Part shown: piece by piece, positions 18,070-25,774 of the stretch
How positions within the stretch are numbered: the stretch's first letter is position 1
How the letters are laid out: every line of letters starts with the position of its first letter
Source of the DNA: an uncultured Gammaproteobacteria bacterium
GTDB lineage: Bacteria; Patescibacteriota; Microgenomatia; UBA1406; HO2-37-13b
DNA length: 64,000 bases
Assembly: GCA_964422025.1 (NCBI GenBank)
Contig: CAYQYZ010000007.1
Location: 458-64,457 of the forward strand
Direction of reading: 5' to 3'
Position numbers and translations under genes: made by a program
Notes under the pieces: model-generated
Seen by the model: only the letters and a program-made list of their open reading frames with translations
Databases searched by the model: none
Told to the model about the DNA's origin: nothing

Positions 18070-18891
18070 ATGGATCAACAACTGATTTCGATCGTTATCC
18101 CCACACTCAATGAAGCAAAATTTCTTCCCAAGTTGTTGCAGGACTTAGTTGTACAACTCGATAAGGATTTTGAAGTGCTCGTTATAGATGGCCATTCAAC
18201 CGACCAAACTTTCGAAAATGCGATTGTATTTAAAAAAAACTTACATTTATCTATACATGAAGTGCAAAAAAGGAATGCAGCATTTCAGCGAAACTATGGA
18301 GCTCAAAAAGCAACAGGTAAATATGTTGTGTTTATTGATGCGGACACACGACTTGCTAAAAACTTTATAAAAAATTTACGCGCAGATCTAAAAAAAAATC
18401 TTCATCTAATTCTTATTCCTCAATATTCGTCATATGAGAAGTTTTTTCAATCTAACGCAGTACTTTCGGCGCTCAATTTACTTATAGAAGCATCCCAAAA
18501 GACAAATAAAGCACTCGCCATAGCGGTCTGTTTAATATTTGAGCGTAATTATTTTTTACACTTACATGGTTTTGATGAAAAGGTTGTATTTGCAGAAGAC
18601 TGTGAAATTGTGAGAAAAGCGAAAAAAGCTGGCGTGAATGCTCGCATATTGAATAAAACAATTGTCATGCTTTCATTGAGAAGATTTCAAAAAGAAGGCA
18701 TCGTAACATCGCTTGGTAAAAGTCTTGTGGGTACCATACAAGGATTAGGGCAGGATGGTTTGAAAAAAAAACTATTTGAGTATGAAATGGGAGGAAATGC
18801 CTACTCAGAGAAGGAACTCAAGCAAAAATCACTGGAAGAAGAAATAAGAGATTATGTGAAAAAACTAAAGCAGAAGATGGGTACTAGTTAG
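18070..18891 (+). CDS. glycosyltransferase family 2 (tandem paralog)
   Basis: SIVIPTLNEAKFL and DADT motifs. Shares the C-terminal EYEMGG motif with the upstream paralog. The ATG at 18070 is preferred over TTG 18061. Confidence 0.8.
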   Translation: MDQQLISIVIPTLNEAKFLPKLLQDLVVQLDKDFEVLVIDGHSTDQTFENAIVFKKNLHLSIHEVQKRNAAFQRNYGAQKATGKYVVFIDADTRLAKNFIKNLRADLKKNLHLILIPQYSSYEKFFQSNAVLSALNLLIEASQKTNKALAIAVCLIFERNYFLHLHGFDEKVVFAEDCEIVRKAKKAGVNARILNKTIVMLSLRRFQKEGIVTSLGKSLVGTIQGLGQDGLKKKLFEYEMGGNAYSEKELKQKSLEEEIRDYVKKLKQKMGTS

Positions 18892-18989
18892 GCTGGTTTT
18901 AGTCTTCGTTCGACTACTCACACGTTATCCACACGAGAATTTTAAAAGTATAAATCCTTTCATAACGCTCTAAATATGGGTACATAGAC

Positions 18990-19005
18990 TATAGGGCGCC
19001 CTATA
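18990..19005. promoter_or_regulatory. perfect 16-bp palindrome TATAGGGCGCCCTATA
   Basis: Read directly from the sequence. Followed by the inverted pair CCTATAA...TTATAGG and the promoter at 19031. Confidence 0.5.
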
Positions 19006-19030
19006 ATAAGGTACTTTTTTGTTATAGGAC

Positions 19031-19059
19031 TTGACAAATGAATAGGGTAGATTTAACAT
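19031..19059 (+). promoter_or_regulatory. promoter TTGACA-N17-TAACAT, 6 nt before ATG 19066
   Basis: Preceded by TATAGGAC. The 14-mer TATAGGACTTGACA is identical to the helicase promoter at 56890..56903 (opposite strand). Confidence 0.5.
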
Positions 19060-19065
19060 GTATCT

Positions 19066-19218
19066 ATGGCAATGAAAAAGATAGTTACACGACTGGCAGT
19101 ACGAGTTGCAGATAGTGGAGTGTACGATGTACAAGAAGCATATATATTTGCACGAGATCAATTCAAAACACTAGCAAAGAAGAATCTTCGAGTTCCGGTA
19201 ATAACAGTCCGACTCTAA
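19066..19218 (+). CDS. small hypothetical protein (50 aa)
   Basis: MAMKKIVTRLAVRVADSGVYDVQEAYIFARDQFKTLAKKNLRVPVITVRL. Has the full leaderless promoter layout. Not in the ORF track (<60 aa). Confidence 0.4.
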   Translation: MAMKKIVTRLAVRVADSGVYDVQEAYIFARDQFKTLAKKNLRVPVITVRL

Positions 19219-19228
19219 AAAGTTTCAC

Positions 19229-19286
19229 AAAAAAAAGAGCATCACTACCGTTCGTATAAAAGGGGCACGACGTATAGTAATGCTCT
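19229..19286 (-). terminator. rho-independent terminator (minus strand)
   Basis: On the minus strand, AGAGCATTACTA...TAGTGATGCTCT forms a stem followed by T8. Confidence 0.55.
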
Positions 19287-19318
19287 TCGTGGAACTCCCC
19301 ACCTCATCGGCAGGGTAT
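19229..19318 (-). ncRNA. candidate ~90-nt small RNA (promoter TTGACA-N17-TATTGT at 19325..19353, terminator at 19229..19286)
   Basis: Promoter and terminator lie on the same strand with no plausible ORF between them. Alternatively this is just the 3' UTR of the DUF2298 gene. Confidence 0.25.
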
Positions 19319-19403
19319 CCAATAACAATATCAAACCGTTTAAAACTTGTCAAGGACTTTCTATATTTTAGTGGGTTTTAGGGCTTGGCAGAGCCTCAAA
19401 GTA

Positions 19404-21563
19404 TTAATTCTGAATTTTAAGAATGTAGCTTGGACTTGCAGTGCTAGCTTCAGAGCTTGAGAACACGATATTTCCTAATTGTCGCAGGGTATCTTCATTT
19501 AAATTGGTGTATTTGGTCCGCTCATTAGGACCAATAATAATATATTCGATCGCATGTTTTTTTAGCAACGCCCTCATAGTGACCACATTGGTTCCTTCAT
19601 AAATTCCCTGAATATCAGGAATTAAATTCCCAATTACATTTGAGTCTCCGCGCCATAACCACTCATGCACCCACCATCCACCCACGGTAGGGAGGCCAGT
19701 ATATGAGGAAACCATATTAAAGTCAGTATATGAATCGCCTTGAGCTTCAAGAATCGTTGGTTGTCCGACTACATTAGTATTTAAATACGTAATTATTTTC
19801 TCATATGTTGGATAAGTAGGGCGTATCCACGCCGTTCCATTGAGCTGAGGCTCCTTTTTAAGTTGGCCGTAGTACGACGTGATTGCGAAAGTGGGGTAAA
19901 TAGCTACGAGCACAAAAAGAGGAATAAAGAGGACTAAATAAGTAATTGAGATTACATTGAACTTTCTCAAGCCCTGTTTCAATCTAAAAAAGGTGTATGT
20001 TGAAGCGATACCCATCATCATGAAGGCCTGGTACCCAAGCTTAAACATGGTGTTTGCTCGGAAATGTGCAGGGTAAATATCTTTAATATAGAAATATTCA
20101 GGTATGATAAGGAGCGCAGTGCCGATGGTGAATAAAATAAGCATAAAATGATCGGTTCGGGTGAGTGCGAACGAGGTCTTATTATCGGTCTCCTTTTTAC
20201 TCATGAAATACTGATACAGCGTAAGGAAAAAGAAGTGAAAGAAGAAAAATCCCCATAAAACCAGAAGCATCCATATTGGTGACATTTGGCAATTCCCTTG
20301 TTCGAACATAAAAGGGCCAATTTTTTTGAATTGGACTAGGTAGTCGGGCGCGCAATTCACTCCAATACCTGAAACAAACGGTACAAAATGAGATGAAAAT
20401 GGGTAGGTGAAAGCCAAAAACCCGAGCGCAGTGATGACTCCATTCACCACCAGCCTCTTCGAAATACCAAAAAGGTATAAAAAAACCGACATTCCAATGA
20501 GTAAATAAATAGGACCGTCAAATGCGTTCGTCATGAAATGAATAGCGCATAGGAAAGCTATAGTTATGGATGGGTACAGGTCGTACAATACTTTTTGCTT
20601 TCGTGAAAATCTCTCGGACGTAACGATGGTAAATAGAAATGCGAGAGTAAGAAGAACAAAGGGAATATCGAACACATGTCCGTGCAGATCAGCTACAACA
20701 TATGAATATATCGGGAATTCATGGATGGTAAATGGAATAAAGCGGGTGGCGTTTGGGTACCAGTATGATGTTGGGGTGAATTTCGTTAGAATGTTCCAAA
20801 ACGGAACTGGTTTTTCAGCATTGTATCCAGACGTAAAAGCATAGATTGAATGTAGATTTCCACCGATATTTACTAAGAAAGTGCCTAGAATTCCTGCTAA
20901 ATATGATAGTCGTAATTTACTCCCAAACGCTTTATACATAATATTGAAGCATAAACTGAACGTTTGCGTTATTCCCATGGCAAAAATAGTTGCCAAAATG
21001 AGGTTGTACCCGTAATTTGATGCGATGTTTGAAAGTTTAATAAGAACAGCGCCCGTGAGGTGTCCAAAGTAGTAATAATTAATTGAATGCCCGGCCAGCC
21101 ACATGTCTTTAGGAGGGAAGTACTCGCTTTTAAGAATCGAATTCATGAATCCGAAATCCATAAATTTTTCAAGGCCGTGAATGGAAGGTTCCTGACCACG
21201 CACTTTTACCCAGAGAAAAAGGCTGGCAATAAAAAGAATTTCTTGGAAAATAATAATAAGAAGTTGATTCCGGGGAAGAACAATTGCTTTTGTCTGATTT
21301 TTACGTAGAAAATACGCTCCCACAAGACCTAGGAGTCCGGTCAGGAACAGCAGACCTCCTCGAGAGAATGGAAGTATGTGATACATTCCCAAAACAAGCG
21401 TGCTGTAGCTAACAATTAAAAGTCCGATTGCTTTTGAGAACGAATATCCGACATCAAAAAATGACCCGAAAATCTTTTTAGTAACAGGGAGCGCAACAAT
21501 TCCCAAAAGTAGCAAAAAAAAGTACCAGCTCGTGGTTTGCGTTATCCAGTTCATATAATTCAT
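19404..21563 (-). CDS. DUF2298 ('YYY') polytopic membrane protein, GT-C-like
   Basis: HSINYYYFGH motif and more than 15 TM helices. The ATG at 21563 has an AAAGGGG SD about 10 nt upstream. Position 21596 is a TTG. Confidence 0.8.
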   Translation of the reverse strand: MNYMNWITQTTSWYFFLLLLGIVALPVTKKIFGSFFDVGYSFSKAIGLLIVSYSTLVLGMYHILPFSRGGLLFLTGLLGLVGAYFLRKNQTKAIVLPRNQLLIIIFQEILFIASLFLWVKVRGQEPSIHGLEKFMDFGFMNSILKSEYFPPKDMWLAGHSINYYYFGHLTGAVLIKLSNIASNYGYNLILATIFAMGITQTFSLCFNIMYKAFGSKLRLSYLAGILGTFLVNIGGNLHSIYAFTSGYNAEKPVPFWNILTKFTPTSYWYPNATRFIPFTIHEFPIYSYVVADLHGHVFDIPFVLLTLAFLFTIVTSERFSRKQKVLYDLYPSITIAFLCAIHFMTNAFDGPIYLLIGMSVFLYLFGISKRLVVNGVITALGFLAFTYPFSSHFVPFVSGIGVNCAPDYLVQFKKIGPFMFEQGNCQMSPIWMLLVLWGFFFFHFFFLTLYQYFMSKKETDNKTSFALTRTDHFMLILFTIGTALLIIPEYFYIKDIYPAHFRANTMFKLGYQAFMMMGIASTYTFFRLKQGLRKFNVISITYLVLFIPLFVLVAIYPTFAITSYYGQLKKEPQLNGTAWIRPTYPTYEKIITYLNTNVVGQPTILEAQGDSYTDFNMVSSYTGLPTVGGWWVHEWLWRGDSNVIGNLIPDIQGIYEGTNVVTMRALLKKHAIEYIIIGPNERTKYTNLNEDTLRQLGNIVFSSSEASTASPSYILKIQN

Positions 21564-21625
21564 TACTAGCGTACCCCTTTTAGATTGAAATATCAACCAC
21601 TTTTTGATATGATGACGCTACTATT

Positions 21626-23722
21626 ATGGACACTAAATTTATACCTGCCGACCACGAGAAAAAATTGTACGATTTTTGGGAAAAAAATGGGTACTTTGAG
21701 GCGAAGGTAGATTCCAAGAAAAAACCGTTTTCGATTATTCTCCCACCTCCAAATGCAAATGCCGATCTTCATGCAGGACATGCAATGTATGTATATGAAG
21801 ATATCTTAATCCGTATGAAAAAACTTCAAGGCTTTTCCACATTTTGGCTTGCCGGAGCGGATCACGCTGGTTTTGAAACGCAATATGTTTTCGAAAAACA
21901 TTTAAAAAAAGAAGGAAAAAGCAGATTCGACTATGATCGTGACACCTTGTATAAGATGATTTGGGACTTTGTAGTGAAAAATAGAGGTACGATGGAAAGT
22001 CAACTACGAGCTTTAGGATTTTCACTAGACTGGAGCAACACGCTCTTTACACTCGATGAGAAAATAGTGGGAACAGTTTATAAAACATTCAAAAAACTAC
22101 ATGAGGATGGATTAGTGTATCGCGGTTCAAAATTAGTAAATTATTGCACTCATTGTGGAACTGGTTTTTCGGATTTGGAAGTAAAAGATGAAGAAGCAAC
22201 TGGTTCACTTTACTCTCTTACATACTCAATTAAAGAGGGAGGTAGTGTAACGGTAGCAACAACGCGCCCGGAAACAATGTTTGGCGACACCGCAATTATG
22301 GTGAACCCGAAAGATAAAAGATATGTAGATTTAATAGGGAAGACGGCCATAATTCCTATTATTAATAAAGAAATTCCCATTATTGCAGATGAATATGTGG
22401 AAATGGAATTTGGAACAGGTGCTGTGAAAGTTACGCCGGCTCATGATTTCAATGACTTTGAAGTTGGAACACGTCATGATTTACCTTCAGTCCAGGTAAT
22501 TGGATTTGATGGGAAAATATATGGAACCGGAACTGAATATGATGGACTTCGAGTTGCCACTGCACGTCCTAAGCTTGTTGAGGAGCTCTCATTACAAGCT
22601 AAAGAACATACAATGGTGGTCAAAACATGCTATAAGTGTTTTAGAACGCTCGAACCACTTCCTTTAGATCAGTGGTTTGTAAAAGTTGCGCCGTTAACAG
22701 ATGCCGCGATTAACGCTCTTCACACGGAGGAGACCTCTGTGGTTCCAAAACGCTTTGAAAAACGGGCACTTGATTGGCTGACAAATTTTCATGATTGGAA
22801 TATTTCTCGGCAGATTGTGTGGGGAATCCGAATTCCTGCATGGAAATGTGAAGATTGTAGTGAATGGGTAATAACTGAAGGGGAGGCTCCAGACCAGTGC
22901 TCAAAATGCGCAAGCAAAACTCTTAAACAAGATGCTGATACGTTTGATACCTGGTTCTCATCGGGTCAGTGGCCTGCGGCAACGCTTAAAGCCTTGGGAG
23001 ATGAGTATTTTGATTATTATTACCCAACTTCAGTTATGGAGACGGGGTACGATATTTTGCCATGGTGGGTGTGCCGCATGATGATGTTAGGTATTTATAT
23101 GACGGGTAAATCTCCGTTTACCACGGTATTCTTGCATGGCATGGTTCGTGACAGCAAAGGTGCGAAAATGAGTAAAAGCAAAGGAAATGTGGTGAATCCG
23201 ATGTTGATGGTTGAAAAATATGGAGCTGATGCGCTTCGAGCATCGCTTATTTTTGGAAATTCAGAAGGAAATGATGCTCCTTTTTCCGAAGATAAAGTTC
23301 GGGCCATGAGAAATTTTGCGAATAAAATGTGGAACGTGGGAAGGTTTATTGGGATGATGAAGGAACCGAAAGAGACTCTCTCTGAGAAGCCCAAAGACGT
23401 AAGTTCACTCCTGGCCGAGCTTGAAAAAGAGTTTGTCACGCTTCAAAAACAAACGATTAAAGACATGGAAGCGTATAAATTTTCCCAAGCTTTCAACAAT
23501 TTATATGAATTCCTGTGGCATCGATTTGCTGATTATTATATTGAACAGTTGAAAAGTGAGGCTCAATCTGGTAATATTGACGTAGTAAAAAAACTTGAAG
23601 AAGTGTATTTATCAACGCTTGTTCTTCTTCATCCGTTCATGCCCTTTGTTTCCGAAGCTGTATACAAAGTATTTAACGGTGAAAAAATAAGCATTTTAGA
23701 CAGTAAGGAATTACAAAATTAA
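21626..23722 (+). CDS. valS: valine--tRNA ligase (short form lacking C-terminal coiled coil)
   Basis: [14 protein letters not shown] (HIGH), KMSKSKGN (KMSKS) and [14 protein letters not shown] motifs. Confidence 0.9.
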   Translation: MDTKFIPADHEKKLYDFWEKNGYFEAKVDSKKKPFSIILPPPNANADLHAGHAMYVYEDILIRMKKLQGFSTFWLAGADHAGFETQYVFEKHLKKEGKSRFDYDRDTLYKMIWDFVVKNRGTMESQLRALGFSLDWSNTLFTLDEKIVGTVYKTFKKLHEDGLVYRGSKLVNYCTHCGTGFSDLEVKDEEATGSLYSLTYSIKEGGSVTVATTRPETMFGDTAIMVNPKDKRYVDLIGKTAIIPIINKEIPIIADEYVEMEFGTGAVKVTPAHDFNDFEVGTRHDLPSVQVIGFDGKIYGTGTEYDGLRVATARPKLVEELSLQAKEHTMVVKTCYKCFRTLEPLPLDQWFVKVAPLTDAAINALHTEETSVVPKRFEKRALDWLTNFHDWNISRQIVWGIRIPAWKCEDCSEWVITEGEAPDQCSKCASKTLKQDADTFDTWFSSGQWPAATLKALGDEYFDYYYPTSVMETGYDILPWWVCRMMMLGIYMTGKSPFTTVFLHGMVRDSKGAKMSKSKGNVVNPMLMVEKYGADALRASLIFGNSEGNDAPFSEDKVRAMRNFANKMWNVGRFIGMMKEPKETLSEKPKDVSSLLAELEKEFVTLQKQTIKDMEAYKFSQAFNNLYEFLWHRFADYYIEQLKSEAQSGNIDVVKKLEEVYLSTLVLLHPFMPFVSEAVYKVFNGEKISILDSKELQN

Positions 23723-23730
23723 AAAATCTC

Positions 23731-23880
23731 ATGACCAAACGAACATATCAGCCTAAAAAACTCAAACGCGTACGAAAACATGGATTTCTAAAACGTATGC
23801 TTTCTGCTGGCGGACAAAAAGTTCTTGCTCGACGAAGGCTTAAGGGCAGAATCCGATTAGTAGTTGGCAAAACGCAATAA
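23731..23880 (+). CDS. rpmH: 50S ribosomal protein L34
   Basis: [45 protein letters not shown]. Not in the ORF track (<60 aa). Confidence 0.9.
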   Translation: MTKRTYQPKKLKRVRKHGFLKRMLSAGGQKVLARRRLKGRIRLVVGKTQ

Positions 23881-24713
23881 TGAAGCCAACCGCTCCGCTC
23901 GCTCCCATCGCCCCTAGTTTATTTAATACCATTTTAGTTATTCCGGTTGTTAATACGCTTCTTTTCTTTAATTTTATATTTGCATCGATTCATTTGCCCG
24001 GTTCTTTTGGATTCTCAATTATCGCTTTAACCGTCGCTATTCGATTATTGCTCAACCCTGCTTCCAAACAACAATTGGAGCTAGCAAAACGAATGCAAGA
24101 AGCCAAACCACACCTCGATAAACTCACCGAAAAGCACAAAGATGATAAAAAGAAACTCCAAGAAGAACAGATGAAGCTCTATAAAGAAATGGGAGTTAAT
24201 CCAGCCGCAGGATGTTTGTATGCATTGGTACAAATTCCTGTTTTTATCGGATTATACAACGCGCTTAATTTGTTCTTAGCTCACGGAACATTCGATAAGG
24301 TCGCTGGTGCAATTAATAAAGTTGTTTATTTTGATTTCTTAAAAACAGCTTCAATCAATCCGTGGTTTTTTGGATTTAATGTGGGTATTGCTCCAGCAAC
24401 ATTCCAACAGAATGGCGTACATTATTTAATTATTCCCGTTATTACAGCCATATTACAATATTATCAAGTAAAAGTTACTACCGCCCAACAAGGAACTGTC
24501 GTTGTCAAAAAAACAAATGCAAAGGAACTCGAAAAGAAAGCTGACATGCAATCAATGATGTCGTCACAAATGCTGTACATATTCCCACTGATGATTGGAT
24601 ATTTCGCATACGCACTTCCGGTTGGACTTTCGCTATATTGGAACATTTTTTCACTCTTTACTATTTTTCAATACAAGGGTAGTCCCTTAACCATATGGAA
24701 GAACAGGAAGTAA
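23880..24713 (+). CDS. yidC: membrane protein insertase YidC (short form)
   Basis: Motif ALTVAIRLLLNPASKQQ...MKLYKEMGVNPAAGCL. The start overlaps the rpmH stop by 1 nt. Confidence 0.9.
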   Translation: MKPTAPLAPIAPSLFNTILVIPVVNTLLFFNFIFASIHLPGSFGFSIIALTVAIRLLLNPASKQQLELAKRMQEAKPHLDKLTEKHKDDKKKLQEEQMKLYKEMGVNPAAGCLYALVQIPVFIGLYNALNLFLAHGTFDKVAGAINKVVYFDFLKTASINPWFFGFNVGIAPATFQQNGVHYLIIPVITAILQYYQVKVTTAQQGTVVVKKTNAKELEKKADMQSMMSSQMLYIFPLMIGYFAYALPVGLSLYWNIFSLFTIFQYKGSPLTIWKNRK

Positions 24714-25189
24714 TTAAACAAATAATGACCGAGTTGCTTGAGAAGATGGGTTTTACCAACGAGGTAACTGTTACGCAACAGGAAAATTTATGGATGGTTC
24801 AGATTTCAGAAAATGATGAAAGCCCACTACTGATCGGTAAATTCGGAATGACGTTACGATCATTGCAGACTATTTTGGAAACTGCTTTGTTTAAGAAGCT
24901 GGGCAAAAAAGTTGAATTGGCAGTAAATATTGGTGATTATCGAGAACGTCAAAAAGAGCGTTTGGAAGAAATTGCAGAAAATGTCGCGACTCGAGTAAAA
25001 GCTGAACATCGACCAGCGGCTTTGCGATCGTTTAGCGCGTACGAACGAAAACTGATTCATGAATACGTAAGTCAAAAGCATCCTGATTTGAGAACAACGT
25101 CAATGGGAGAAGGGAAAGAACGCCGACTAATCATCTCACTGCTTAGTGATGACTCAGAGTCATTAGATCCCTTCGAACAAGTCGCTTAA
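24695..25189 (+). CDS. jag: Jag-type RNA-binding protein (KH + R3H domains)
   Basis: R3H motif (YERKLIHEYV). Conserved position after yidC. Confidence 0.8.
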   Translation: MEEQEVIKQIMTELLEKMGFTNEVTVTQQENLWMVQISENDESPLLIGKFGMTLRSLQTILETALFKKLGKKVELAVNIGDYRERQKERLEEIAENVATRVKAEHRPAALRSFSAYERKLIHEYVSQKHPDLRTTSMGEGKERRLIISLLSDDSESLDPFEQVA

Positions 25190-25381
25190 TGGCACTTGTA
25201 GCCCCTTGGAAAGCTTTACAATCGTTTTGAACGTTGGGTTTGCTCGCCCATTTTCGATTCGACCGATAAATGTTCGATCCATTTCACATGCGACCGACAA
25301 ATCTTCCTGCGACATTCCCGCTGTATGACGACATTCTTCAATGTGACTTCCTAAGCGTTTATATATGAAATTGCCTTTCAT
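25163..25381 (-). CDS. XRE-family helix-turn-helix transcriptional regulator
   Basis: HTH_3-like MSQEDLSVACEMDRTFIGRIENGRANPT. Confidence 0.8.
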   Translation of the reverse strand: MKGNFIYKRLGSHIEECRHTAGMSQEDLSVACEMDRTFIGRIENGRANPTFKTIVKLSKGLQVPLSDLFEGI

Positions 25382-25432
25382 AATGGTCTAAAACATAGTC
25401 TAGAATTTATAACATCGCGGCTACTATACAGG

Positions 25433-25546
25433 TCAATTATTAAATTCTTATTAAATTTGTGAAAATCCTTTTTTGATAATTTTGGCAACCTGGTGATATT
25501 TTGACAACCTGGAAGGTTGGTAGTGCCTGTTCAACCTGGAAGGTTG
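25433..25546 (+). repeat. REP-like cluster: 24-nt AT-rich flank + partial unit + two perfect CAACCT-GGA-AGGTTG hairpins joined by GTAGTGCCTGTT
   Basis: Hairpins lie at 25505..25519 and 25532..25546. The flank TCAATTATTAAATTCTTATTAAAT (25433..25456) is identical to 37227..37250. Confidence 0.85.
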
Positions 25547-25774
25547 TATTAAGATTATCTCGATTGGCAATTAGCCACCTTGTGTGCTATACTTATATTC
25601 GTTACAATGTTTGTACGATGAAATTCTTAATCGATCGTTTCAACATTGGGAAAACCCCCGGAGTGTCTCTGGCACGCAAGCCCTTCTCTTTTTCAAAATT
25701 CTCGATTACGACTCACCGATCTTTTGATTTACTCTCTCATAGCTCATCGCAGGTTATAAGTTACAACAATACTT

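Noticed and set aside
18934-18942. Perfect DnaA box TTATCCACA in the long intergenic region, and rpmH-yidC-jag (often oriC-proximal) only 5 kb away. This raised the possibility of a replication origin.
   Set aside because: Only one box is present. There is no cluster of boxes, no adjacent AT-rich 13-mer-type unwinding element that I could define, and no dnaA or dnaN in the window. One 9-mer match is insufficient.
25486-25546. The tandem hairpin arrays could be mini-CRISPR arrays (palindromic repeats with regular spacing).
   Set aside because: The 12-nt 'spacers' are conserved between loci (GTAGTGCCTGTT). Arrays have only 2-3 units of 15 nt, and no cas genes are present. The pattern fits REP/BIME-like elements instead.
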